From Protoeuglena noctilucae (lineage: Eukaryota): a stretch of DNA of 64,000 bases. Within the stretch, counting starts at the first letter, position 1. Each line of letters begins with the position of its first letter. The notes under the pieces were generated by a model. The model searched no databases. It was given only the letters and a program-made list of their open reading frames with translations, and was not told the DNA's origin. A program made the translations under genes and the position numbers. The stretch lies in NCBI GenBank assembly GCA_958009085.1, contig OY253668.1, positions 620,001 through 684,000 on the forward strand. The letters run 5' to 3'. Shown one piece after another: positions 1-11,442 of the stretch.

Positions 1-3000
1 GCCAGGGCTCCGTCTTCACCCTCGCCGGGGAGCCCGTGGCGTCGAGCCCCGTGCTGGTCGCCGTGCCGGCTGAGGACTACCAGTCCCAGGTCTCGGACAG
101 ACTGCGACTCTTCCACCGGGAGGTCCTGGAGGCGCCGCTGGTGCTGTTCCCGGCCTTCCTGGCGCGCCTCGCGGCCATCGAGCGCGCGCTCGCGCGGCCG
201 GGCGGCGCGGCGCTCCTGGTGGGCGAGGCGGGCGTGGGCCGGCGCACGTCGGCGCTCCTGGTGGCGCACATGCTGCGGATGGACGTGGTGTCGCCACGCA
301 TGGTCAAGGCTTACGGGGCCAAGCACTTCGCCCAGGACCTCAAGGACGCGCTGGAGCGGTCGGGCACGCGCGGCGAGCCCACGCTGCTCTTGGTCGACGA
401 CCACCAGTTGGTCGAGGACGGGTTCCTGGAGACGCTCAACGCGTGGCTCATGTCCGGCGAGGTGGTGGGCCTGCTGACCAAGGAGGACCGGGAGCGGATG
501 GTGGCGCCGCTGGAGAAGGAGGCGGCGGCGGGGGAGGATGCCGACGCGCTGTTCCTGGCGCGTGCCAGGCGCAACCTGCGGGTGTGCCTGTGCATGGACC
601 CGGGCGGGCCGGACTTCGGGCGGCGGTGCGAGGCGTCGCCGGCGCTGTTCGGCCGCTGCACGGTGGTGTGGATGCAGGACTGGGGCGACGGGGGCACCCG
701 CGCCGTGGCGGAGCACGTGTTGAGCGAGGCGGCGGCGGCCACGGGCGGGGACCCTCGGGAGATGGCGGCGGCGGCGGTGGAGCTGTGCCGTGGAGCCGCG
801 GCTCCCCCCGGCGTGAGCCCGCGCAAGGTGGACGCCCTGGTGCGGTGCTACGTGCGTGTGGCATCGGCCAAGCGCGCCGAGCTGGCGCGACAGCAGGAGC
901 ACCTGCGCGCGGGCGTGGGGAAGCTGAAGGAGGCGTCGTCGACGGTGGACAAGCTGTCGAGCGAGGCGGAGGAGCAGAAGGTGCGCTTGAAGGCCGCCCA
1001 GGAGGAGGCGGACAAGGCGTTGGAGAAGATCACGCGGACCATGGAGGAGGCCAACGCGCGCAAGAGGGAGGTGGAGAAGCTGTCGGAGAAGCTGGCGACG
1101 GACGAGGTGGAGATCCAGCGGCGCAAGGGCGGCGTGGAGGCGGAGCTGGCGGAGGTGCAGCCGCAGATCGACGAGGCCCGGGCGGCGGTGGGCGGGATCA
1201 AGAAGGAGCACCTGAGCGAGATCAAGTCGATGAAGGCGCCGCCGGACGCCATCCGCGACGTGCTCGAGTCCGTCATGAAGCTGATGGGCTTCCGGGACAC
1301 CACTTGGTCCTCCATGCGCAACTTCCTGGGCCAGACGGGGTTCAAGGAGCGCATCGTCAACTTCGACGCGCACGAGATCAACGCCGCCACGCGGCTCGAC
1401 GTCGGCCAGCTCATCGCCTCCCGGCCGGGGTCGTTCCGCCCCGCGGACATCGCCCGGGTGTCGCGCGCGGCCGCGCCCCTGGCGGCGTGGGTGCAGGCGA
1501 ACCTGTCGTACAGCGTGGTGCTGGAGAAGGTGGCGCCGCTCGAGTCGACGCTCGCGGGCCTGACGCAGCAGCACAGCCGGGCGCTGCAGCAGCGGGAGGC
1601 CGCCCAGCGTGAGATCGACGCCCTGGAGTCGTCGATCGCGGGGCTCAAGGAGGAGTACGCGCGGAAGATGGGGCAGGCGGAGCAGCTCAAGATATCGCTG
1701 CGGCGCGCGGAGGACACGCTGCAGCGCGCGCAGGGGCTGCTGGGCGCCCTGGTGGGCGAGCGGGACCGATGGGACTCGCAGGTGTCGGCCATGCAGCGGG
1801 ACCTCGCCAGCCTGCCCCGCAGCGCCCTGCTGGCCGCGGCCTTCTGCGTGTTCCTCCCGGGGGAGCCCGAGGACACGCGAGCGGACCGCCTGGCGGACTG
1901 GGTCGCGGCCGTGGGGGACGGTCCCGGGTGGAGCTTCACGCGCTTCATGTCCAGCGAACGGCAGGTCCTGGGCTGGAAGGCCGAGGGCCTGCCTTCCGAC
2001 GCGCTCTCGGTCGAGAACGCCGTGGCGATCGTCTCGTCGGCCCAGGCGCCCCTCATCGTCGACCCGTCCCTGCAAGGCGCGGCGTGGATCGAGGCGCACC
2101 TCAAGGGCAAGGGCCTGGCCGTCAAGGTCACGGCGCCGCACGCCAAGAACTTCACCAACTCCCTGGAGCTCGCGGCGCGGTTCGGCGAGGCCCTCGTCGT
2201 CCGCGACGTGGACGCCTTGGAGCCGATCCTGGTGCCGCTGCTGCGGCGCGACCTGTACAAGCAGGGGCCCCGGTCGGTCGTGCTGGTCGGCGACAAGCTG
2301 ATCGACTATGCCCCGGCGTTCCAGCTCTTCCTGGTCACGCGCAACCCGGAGCCCCACCTGCCGCCCCAAGTCCAGGCGCTGGTGACGGAGGTCAACTTCA
2401 GCGTCACACGCGCGGGGCTCGAGGCGCAGCTGCTCGGCCTCACCATCCAGAACGAGAAGCCGCAGGTGCGGAGGCGGGCCCTGCGCGCGAACCGCAACGT
2501 CTGCATCTGCTCGCGGCCCTAGTTAGACTCCGCAGTCGCCGTCCAGACGCAACTGACCGTCGTCATTGCATTCGCGTGACTCGCCCGTTCCCTTTCCGCT
2601 GCAGATGGAGAAGCAGCTGAAGGAGCTCCTGCGTGCCGAGGAGGAGATGAAGGTGCAGCTGTCTGACCTGGAGAAGAGCCTCTTGGACACGCTGGCGTCC
2701 TCCACCGGGAACATCCTCGAGAACGAGAGCCTCAGCAAGACCCTCAACGACACCAAGCACAAGGCTAAGGTGACCGGCGCGCGTCCCGCGAGCTGGGATG
2801 CCCCGCTAGGGTGTCGCGACGGCCAAACTAACCACCACGCCGCCCTCTCTTGCGATGACCCCCGAGCCATACTCGGGAGTCTATCCGCTCGTCTTTCATG
2901 CTCCACCGGCGCTCAGCTACCCACAGACAGACAGCCTTCGCTCCTCTCTCGCCGCAGATCGTGGAGGACGCCCTGCAGGAGTCCTCCCTGACTCAGGCGC

Positions 3001-6000
3001 ACCTGGCAGAGGAGCGATCCACGTACGCCCCCGTGGCATCCCTGGGGTCCACGGTGTACTTCGCCGTCCGCGACCTACGCACCATCAACCACGTCTACCA
3101 GATATCCCTCCCCGCCATTCTCGCGCTGGTGAGCCGTGGGGCACGGCTGCATGGGGTGGTGTACTGGTCAGAAAGCCCAGGGACGCAGTTCTGTGTAGCT
3201 AATGACCCTCGCCGAGACAATCAGCACTTTTGACAACCGTTTCCTTTGTGCTGCACATGAACAATGGCCCATGCGTGAGATGCCCCCATGACCTACAGTC
3301 GTCCCGATCCCCTGTCCCTCTCGCGCGCTGCCCCGCAGTTCCAGCGCGTCCTTCGGGAGGACGAGACGGACCCGGAGGCCCGCGAGGCCCGCGTGGCGTC
3401 GCTGCAGAAGCACATGATCCAGGAGGTGTACGCGTACGTCTCACGCGCGCTGTTCAACGAGGACCGGCTCACCTTCGCCATGCACCTGGCGCGGGTGCTG
3501 GCGCGGCGCAAGGTGGACGCCAAGGCAGGGGCCGTGCTCAGCCGATCCCTGTCCCTACGGGGCTCCCAGAAGCTCATCTCCCTCGACAGCGAGTGGGACG
3601 TGTTCCTCCTCCGCGCGCCCCCCACCGCGCCCGCCACCTCCGTGCAAGTGCCACAGTGGGTCAGGCCAGAGGTGAGATGCGGCGCCGTGCGTGTTGTGCA
3701 AATGAAGCCCCGGCTGCTCGCACACCGCTGGCCCTCCCTGGTCCCTCTTGCCTCAGCGCATGCCACGCTTGTTGCATCGCCTAACCATCCCCGCCCGCTC
3801 TGGACCCTCGCAGGCCCACAAGGCCTACCATTCGCTCCTCTCCGCCCTGCCGTCCCTCGCGACCCAGTACAGGCTTGCTGACTCAGGCGCGTGGGCCGAG
3901 TGGGCCAGCCACCCAACCCCTGAGTCTGCCTGGCCCGACGTGGGCATCAAGTGGGCCAGCGCTGGATTCCACCAGATGCTCCTTATCCAAGCCATTAGGT
4001 GCGCGATGGCAGACGGCGACAACAGTGACCGGATGGGGCGTTCCATGCCGCTCGCACCGTCGCATACTGCGAGCCCTTTTGGCATCACTGTCACCCTCAG
4101 TACTCCCTCCCTCCGCCCCAGGCCTGATCGGCTTCAGTCCATGATGTCCCAGTTCGCGTGCCGCGTGATGGGGGTGCCCTCCACAGAGCCGCCCCCGACG
4201 TCGCTGGCGGACCTGGTGCGCGGCGAGGCTTCGTCTCACGAGCCCCTCCTCTTCCTCACCACGCCCGGCGCCGACCCCTCGCAAGAGCTCGCGGGTGAGC
4301 CTCGCCGCAGACCCTCGCCTGCCGCGCCATGCATTGCGAACGTGCTGCATGCATGCGCAACGTGCTGCAGGGGCGCTGTCCCACTCAAGCAGCCATATCC
4401 CTCTACGCCCCCTTCTCCCATTCTTCGCTCATTTCTTTTGCCATCGATGTGACCCAGTTACCTCACTCGCCTCGCCTCTGCAGACCTGACTCTGTCAGTG
4501 GTGGGAGTGGGCAATTACACCGAAGTGGCGATGGGGCAAGGGCAGAGCGACATTGCCCTCAAGCTGCTGCGCGAGTTCGCCGCGGAGGGCCGCTGGCTGT
4601 GCCTCAAGAACCTCCATTTGGTGGTCGGGTGGCTGCCAGGTGAGAGACCGGGAGTGAGTCACACAACTGTAGGTGACAATACAATTGTTGGCATCTCACG
4701 CATGCCGCCCTCTCCTGGCGCCCCCAGAGCTCGAGAAGGAGATTTTCTTGCTCCAGCCACACGCCAACTTCCGACTCTTCCTCACTTCCGAGCCCCACCG
4801 CTCCTTCCCCACCTCCCTCCTCGAGCACTGCCTCAAAGTCACGTTCGAGGCACCGCCCGGCATGCGCAACAACCTCCTCCGCACCCTGGTGAGCGACGCT
4901 CGTCCGCCTCAGCCGTGCAGACCATACAGACACCGCTAGGCCAACCAGGCACGTCCTTAGCGCCTGCCGGCTGCCTTCAGTGCCTGTTGTGTGTATATTG
5001 CATGGATTGTGACCCAACCCCCTGCATTGCTGTGCCCCTCGCCCTCCCGCTCCCACCCCACCCTATCCACACACCCACCAACCCCACCCGTCATGCTACT
5101 CCCCGCAGGGTGGCTGGCGCCAGCAGCTGGACATCAAGCCCAACGAGTCGGTCAAGGGCCGCCTGCTCTTCACGCTCGCCTGGTTCCACGCCGTGGTGCA
5201 GGAGCGGCGCAGATACGTCCCCATCGGATGGAGCAAGTTCTACGAGTTCTCCGGCGCAGATCTGCGGTGCGTGAGAGCGACGACCGTCGCGCAGTGTCCC
5301 ACCATTCCTCGAGCATGCCCGGTGTTGACATGCCCGCTTTCAGCACAATCGCTCTCAGAGCATGCCCTCTCATGACATGCCCAGTCGTCAGATCTCCTGT
5401 AGAAGGACTGCGCGCCACGCAACCCAATGCCCCCCGGCCACCCCTCCCTCGCAGTTCTGGCGCGGACATCATCGACCAGGCTGCCGCGCACAGCGACGTG
5501 GAGTGGCCCTTCCTGCACGGCCTGCTCGAGACGGCCGTGTACGGGGGCAATGTCGAGATGGGCCCGGACTTCTCCATTCTGTCCAACTACCTCCACTTCC
5601 TCTTTAGCGACGCGACGGTGGGGGCCAAGCAGGTCGCGTCCCAGGCCCTCCCGGGCACCAAGGGCCTCACCGTGCCCTCCAGTGGGACGATCGGCGACAT
5701 GGCCAACGCGGTGGCACAGCTGCCCGACGACGATGTGCCTGACCTCTTCTCTCTGCCGGCCAACGTCCAGCGCACGGCCCAGCAGCAGAGGTCGTCCTTC
5801 GTCATCCAGCAGGCGCGATCGCAAGCACGCACAAATGGGGCTGTCGAGGCGTGCGATGCTATTGGCCTGCCTCGCGCCCTGCGACGCATTGGCTTTGATG
5901 CTGGCTCATGGAAGCCAATGCTCGCTGTGCCCTGCCAGTCGGTTCCTTAAGCAGCATTCGTGTTTTCTCAGTATCTCAGCGACGTCCATGCCGCACCGTC

Positions 6001-7428
6001 TTTCTCCCAGATGCGCACGATGGACGTGTCGACCCAGGCTGGTACGACCTTCGACCTCGAGCGGTGGCGGCACAAGCTGGGCACGGTCATCAAGGCATGG
6101 GAGGCACTCCTCCGCGGCGACCAGGCCCTGCAGGGTGAGTAATACTCCTCGACTCCGCACCGTCAGTGCTGGTCTCACTCCTGTGCCGCCCCGTGAGACT
6201 GCGCCATCCGCTCTGCGACAACTATGCACGCCAATCCACCGCCCTGCGCATCCGTCGCAGCCATGACCTCGCGCGCTGCGCCGGCGTCCGCCGTGGAGAG
6301 CCCCAAGTCGCCGATGGAGTCGATGACGGCTTTGGAGTTCGCCAACGCGACGGCGCTAGTCCGGGCCATCAGCGACGCCATGCGCAGCCTGGACGGCGTG
6401 CTGCACAAGGGCAAGCTCATCACCGCGGAGACGCAGGCTATTGGGTCTCAGGTGCGCATGGGATGGGGGAATGGCCACGGTGGCAATCGGCAGATCACCA
6501 GCAGGCGCGACATGGAGAGAGGGAGTTGGCGCTGCTTGCAAATGGAATTTGCAACCCACGCGGCGTTCCCTGCCCACAGCTGATGGCGGACAAGGTTCCC
6601 AGCAAGTGGGACGAGCTGTGGGAAGGCCCCATGGACCCGCTCCGGTACATGACGAGCGTGGCGCGGAAGGCATCGGCAGGTGCGCTGCCGCCTCTCAAAT
6701 GCTGGACTGTTTACAGACACGATGTGCATGTTCGTACACACGATCAGAAGCCTATCTTAACGGAAAGCGCTTGGGGACCGGGTGCAATGCACTGACAGGT
6801 GCGCCTTGTGTACTCAACCCCACCCCGTCCCCTCGCGCAGTGTGCAAGTGGCGGGACCTGGCCCTGCAGGGTCAGCTCCTGCAGGCGTCGCAGCTGGACC
6901 TCTCGTCGATGTTCGAGCCCACTTCCTTCTTGAACGCCCTTCGACAGGACACGGCCCTTGCCCATGGAGTGTCCATGGACGATCTCTGCCTGGTGTCCTC
7001 CTGGGAAGCCTCTCGCCTCCCGTCGCCCAAGCGCCCCGTGCGCCTCTCCGGGCTGCTCATCTCTGCCGCGGCCTTCGACGGCGCGCAGCTGCGGGACGTG
7101 GCGCCGGACGCCCCCACGGTCGCGGTGAGGCGCCTGGAGGCTGCGGTGTCAGTCGCCCTCTGCTGGGTCTGTGCTGCGCGAAGCTGATCGTGCTGCGCCG
7201 ACATAGTATCATTTCGGCTTTCTTTCGCCCCTCGCAGGCCGTCCCTGAGGTCACGGTGGCGTGGGTGCCCACGTCCGCCCCGCTCCCCTACAAGTCGCAC
7301 CTCTCGGTCCCCGTCTACACGGACGGCTCGCGCTCCAAGTCGGTGTGCTACCTGCAGCTGCCCGTCACGGACGAGGCGGCCAAGCGCAAGTGGATCCTGG
7401 CGGGGACGGCGCTCTTCCTGGAGGAATG
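1..7428 (+). CDS. DYNC2H1: Cytoplasmic dynein 2 (retrograde IFT) heavy chain, 3' part (AAA4, stalk, AAA5/6, C-terminal domain); 5' end lies outside the window
   Basis: The first exon (<1-2465) encodes the AAA4 P-loop GEAGVGRRT, the stalk coiled coil and microtubule-binding domain, and AAA5. About 14 introns (e.g. 2466-2604, 2770-2957, 3129-3338, GC-AG 5813-6010, 7125-7237) join in frame to AAA6 motifs ([33 protein letters not shown]). The protein ends [15 protein letters not shown]. Confidence 0.93.
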
Positions 7429-7580
7429 AGGAATGACATGCGCCTAGTTGAAGAGGGACTTATGTCGGTCTGTCATGATCGAGCATGTATCACAGCCGCG
7501 CTGTCTGCTTGATGTGCAGTTTCTAGTTACTTGATATGTCGGTTCGGTGACCTGCATGTACATGCCTAGTTGAAGCTATC

Positions 7581-8509
7581 ATGATGCGCCGCGCTGTGCC
7601 CCGCTTGGCTGGCCTGTGCGGCAGAGAAGGCGTGGCAGGGATGGGGTGCGCCGAGGAGAGGTCCCTCATCTATTTCGGCAGTGCATCTGGGTGCGCGGAT
7701 ACCGCGGGGAGGTGTATGAGCAGCTCCGCGGCATCGAGCAGCGGGGACGCTGTGAGGCTCGTCCCCAGGAGCGAGAGGCTGAATGCGCAAAGGACTGTGA
7801 TCTTTTGAGGGGCGTTCCACTTCCCTGTTCGGGCCATAGGTGCGCTCACCCGACCCAGCGCGCGGCGCGGGGCGCGACTCTTCCGTGGCACACGTCGTGG
7901 GCCTCCAGCTGCGCGACGACGCCCGATGCCGCCCCGCAGTTCGCGCCAAGATCTTTCAGCTGCTAGGAGGAGGAGCTCTGACGTTCCCGCTGATGGCCAT
8001 CGCGTTTGGATGGGACATCGGCGCCCTGCAAATGGCGGCAGCCGCGGCAACCGCGGGCTCCTCCCTCGCCGCGACCTACGCCGTCAACTTCTACGGCAAA
8101 AGGGACATCCTGGAGCTCTCCGTATTGGAGCCCCAGCGAGACCGAGTGCGCTTCAGCTCGCTCGACTTCTGGGGCAACCGGCTGGACTACGACTGCAGCC
8201 TGCGAGTGGTCGAGGCACCATTCCACGGCAGGAGCGCAGCCATGGCGAGAGCCGCGCTGTCGCGGCCGTCCATCCCATGGTGCGGACGAAACGCTTGCTT
8301 GCATGGCCAATCCTCATGCATTCAGCCATCAGCAGGCCTGTGACTGCTATGGCTGCCCTCATGGCCCCGCTCGCAGGCACGTGGTGGGGCACCAGCAGTA
8401 CGTGATGACATTCAAACACGGAGAGCATGTGGACAGGGCCCTGCTGCGCGACCTCATGTACGGCGTGCTGCACGAGCGGGCGGGCGTCCAACCCCCCTCC
8501 GTCTCCTAG
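7581..8509 (+). pseudogene. TMEM186: TMEM186-like mitochondrial membrane protein interrupted by one in-frame TGA (7806-7808); may be a pseudogene, nonsense allele, readthrough case or sequence error
   Basis: Exons 7581-7839, 7940-8279 and 8377-8509 give a presequence-like N-terminus, VIF*GAFHFPVRAIVRAKIFQ, two TM segments, RFSSLDFWGNR and YVMTFKHGEHVDRALLRDL, resembling recalled TMEM186 motifs. Confidence 0.7.
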
Positions 8510-8609
8510 CCAGGGAGGCGCCTAGCCGACACTGGGGCGCGCCGTCGGCACTCTTGGACTCAACACAACGGCGCAAACGCCGAGGAGCTGCCAGGCCCTC
8601 GACACCAGG

Positions 8610-9751
8610 TCATGCCAGCTCGTCCATTTCAGGGAGGCTGAGCACGCGGGGGAGGTGCCCAACGATGGCCTCGTCAAGCACGTCGTTGGAGAGGAGCGAG
8701 CTCAGCTCCAGCTTCACGTCGTGCTCCCCGCCCTGGTCGCCGAAATCCGTCATCCTGGGCAACACGCAAAGGGGCGAGGCGGATGACGACGTTCGGCCTC
8801 GCGCATGCAGCCACACGCTCAGGTGCCGCAGCTGCGATGGCCGCGCCGGGCATGCCGCGCTCGCTCACCCGAAGAGTTTGAATGCCGAGTTGGGGCCGTC
8901 CATGTGGGGATCCATGGTAGACATGAGCATGGGCGAGGTGCCGGGGCCGATGAGCGGCGACATGCTGTTGATGGCCGGGCTCAGCAGGCCTTTTAGCTGC
9001 CGGTCCGTTACCATGTCTAGGATGCGGTTGCTCGGGGGGGGAGGGCCCATGCCGCCCATGCCAGCGGGGCCAGCGCCGTCCGGGGCAGCGAGGCCGTGCG
9101 GAGACGGCCAGGACGAGTGCCGCGCCTGCTGCATGAGCGTCACTTGCTGGTCTGCGGGCGCGAAGGACTCATTGTTAGATAGGGCACGTTCTGCTGCAGG
9201 AGCGTCCATGCTCGCCAGCCACCACCCGCAGCCTCCCCGCACCTAGCAGGTAGTTGAAGAGAATAATCTGGTCCTTCAGTTTCAGTCGCGTGTAGTAGGC
9301 CTTGAAAAACGTCGCGTTCTCCTGCTCCAGTTTGCTCCACACCAGCTGAGTGAACTCGGGCGCAATTTGCGCCTGCTGGTGAAGCGCCTGCTGCACCTCC
9401 TGCTGCCCCATGTACAGCTGCAGGCACCTCTCAATCAACACCTGCACCAGCGCCACGTCGGCCGTCGTAATCTTCTGCGGGAACAGCCGCGGGGTCGGGG
9501 CGGTAGAGCTCCTCGCTCGTCCGGCGATTCCGATACCTGGCCTCCGCGACACACGCAGAACATACAAGCAAGCATTGACAGCACGAGCGGCCGACGCAGG
9601 GGCTCACCCTCTGGCCAGAGGGCGCGGGCCCGTTTGCTGCAGAGGGCGCAGCAGTCTCCTGGCCCCGGGTGCCCGCCTGCTCGTTCGTCCTGGACCTCGA
9701 AGCATCCTCTACATTCCCTTGTTGCTGCTGGCCGGAACCCTGGTCCGCCAT
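8610..9751 (-). CDS. Plant-specific A_thal_3526 (TIGR01589) domain protein
   Basis: Exons 9751-9608, 9474-9243, 9151-8869 and 8754-8610. Domain motif VQVLIERCLQLYM...LVWSKLEQENATFFKAYYTRLKLKDQIILFNYLL. Confidence 0.9.
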
Positions 9752-10035
9752 GGCGCTCCCGCGGCTTCCCCCCCGCCGTCACGCAGGTCGCCTGGCCTTG
9801 CTCGTGCGCACGCGTCCGTCTCGCAAGGACTGTGCGCACACGCCTTCAGTCACCTTCTCACGCAACGCGCACGAAAGAATATCAGTGACGGAGCGGGCAT
9901 GGAGACGACGCGGGACGGATAAACACCTTGTCAGACAAGTTTACTGACAAGCTGCATGGCACCTCAAGCGCCCTCGCTGACGCTTCGCTCGTGGACAAGA
10001 CGACGTGACAGCGCGGGCGGTGCACGGGGGACGCG

Positions 10036-11337
10036 ATGGCGACCCTCACTGGGCCTCTAGGGTGTCCGTGTTTGGGCACCACCGCGCGTGCGCAGAGCAG
10101 CTGGCGCATGAGGGCGTGGGTGGCGAGCCGGCGGGCATCTGCGGCACATTTGAGAAGCGAGCGCGGGTCTTGGAGGTGCTTTTCCCAGAGCGAGCAGAGA
10201 ATCACGAGCCCCGCGAACGAGGCGATCAAGCGATTCGTGCGCTTGCGCAACAGCGCGCCGTTCCGAGACGCGGAGGGCAGCATCATCGTACCGGGGGTCG
10301 TGCCGCTGCGCGAAATCGTGCACAGCTGCGGCCTGGCGCGACTCCCCGTGCGGCAGGTCTTGTGCTGTGACGGCTTCCAAGCGCAGGTGCGCGGCGCCAG
10401 CCCGTGCGCCCCCTCAGCCGTGTCGATTCGACCTTTGCCCTTCTCTCAAGCATCCGTGCGTGTGCTCTCGCAGCCAGGGACGCCGGAGAGCGCCCTCTTG
10501 TCAGCTGCGCAGAGGGTCGTGTGGTGCCCCCCCGCCGTCTTGTCCAAAGCCGCCGGGGTCGTGAACGCCGAGTCTCTCGGCATCGCCGCGGAGATCGCCC
10601 AGCCGCCGCCCGCGCCCCTGGCCGACCCGTCTTTCCGGCCGCTGCGGGTGCTGGCACTGGAGCGGGTGCAGGATCCGGGCAACGTGGGGTCGCTGCTGAG
10701 GACGGCCACGGCCATGGGATGGGACTGCATTTTCCTGCTGGCGGGATGCTGCGACCCTTTCAACGAGAAAGTCGTCAGGTGGGCGCGGCGCCGAGCCTCG
10801 CCAGCCCCGGCTGCTCTCCGCTGTGCCTGACTGACAGCCTGACGCCATTGGTGCCGCAGAGCGTCTCGCGGAGGTATCTTCAAAGTGCCAATCGCCAGGG
10901 GCGATGTCAGGGAATTGGAAGCTTTCGCTAGGACACGTGGTCTCGCGATGCTTGCCGCGGAGCCGGAGGGTGTGGGGACGGATGCAGGGGCCACTGGCAG
11001 TGCGTCCGGGGTGGGCGAGAGGACCCCGCCACGAGGCGTCTGCCTCTTGCTCGGAAGCGAGGGGCAGGGAGTTTCTGAGGAGGCCTTGGCGCTGTGCCAA
11101 AGAGTCCAGGTGCATACAGTCCAGGGACATGTGATGGTGCCATGAGGTGGGTGCCCTTCAAAGGCCTCCGAAGCGACGCCCGCGCGTCCGTGCATGCAGA
11201 TTCCCATGGCGGGAGACATGGAGTCTCTCAACGTGTCCGTGGCGGGGGGCATCCTCATGTTCGCCTTGTCACGGGACGGCGCCCTGGCCGACCTGGCGCA
11301 GCAGCTGGGGAAGGCTGGGGCGCCAGCAGAGCGATAG
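10036..11337 (+). CDS. SpoU/TrmH-family RNA 2'-O-methyltransferase, probably organellar
   Basis: Exons 10036-10386, 10474-10778, 10860-11109 and 11200-11337. SPOUT motifs LERVQDPGNVGSLLRTA, LLLGSEGQGVS and IPMAGDMESLNVSVAGGILM. Confidence 0.92.
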
Positions 11338-11442
11338 GCAGGAATAGACGAGATAGTGGCTAGTGAACTAGGGACACGAAACAAGAGGTCTAAAGGGGTC
11401 GGGCCAATGCGGGGCGAGGAGCCCTGAGCCGCCTATGCGTGA

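Noticed and set aside
443..2296. Long alternative-frame and antisense ORFs (e.g. 848-2296 -, 40642-41841 +, 55466-57049 +)
   Set aside because: These are shadow ORFs expected where high GC makes stops scarce. They overlap well-supported genes and give Arg/Pro/Ala-rich text with no motifs.
7806..7808. Genome-wide reassignment of TGA
   Set aside because: TGA ends dynein, DTD1, EF-P and other genes at their expected C-termini, and TAG and TAA are also used as stops.
8510..8610. SECIS element for the TMEM186 TGA
   Set aside because: No ATGA..AA..GA stem-loop is visible by eye in the spacer, and I have no evidence the position is a conserved Cys. A SECIS search is needed to exclude it.
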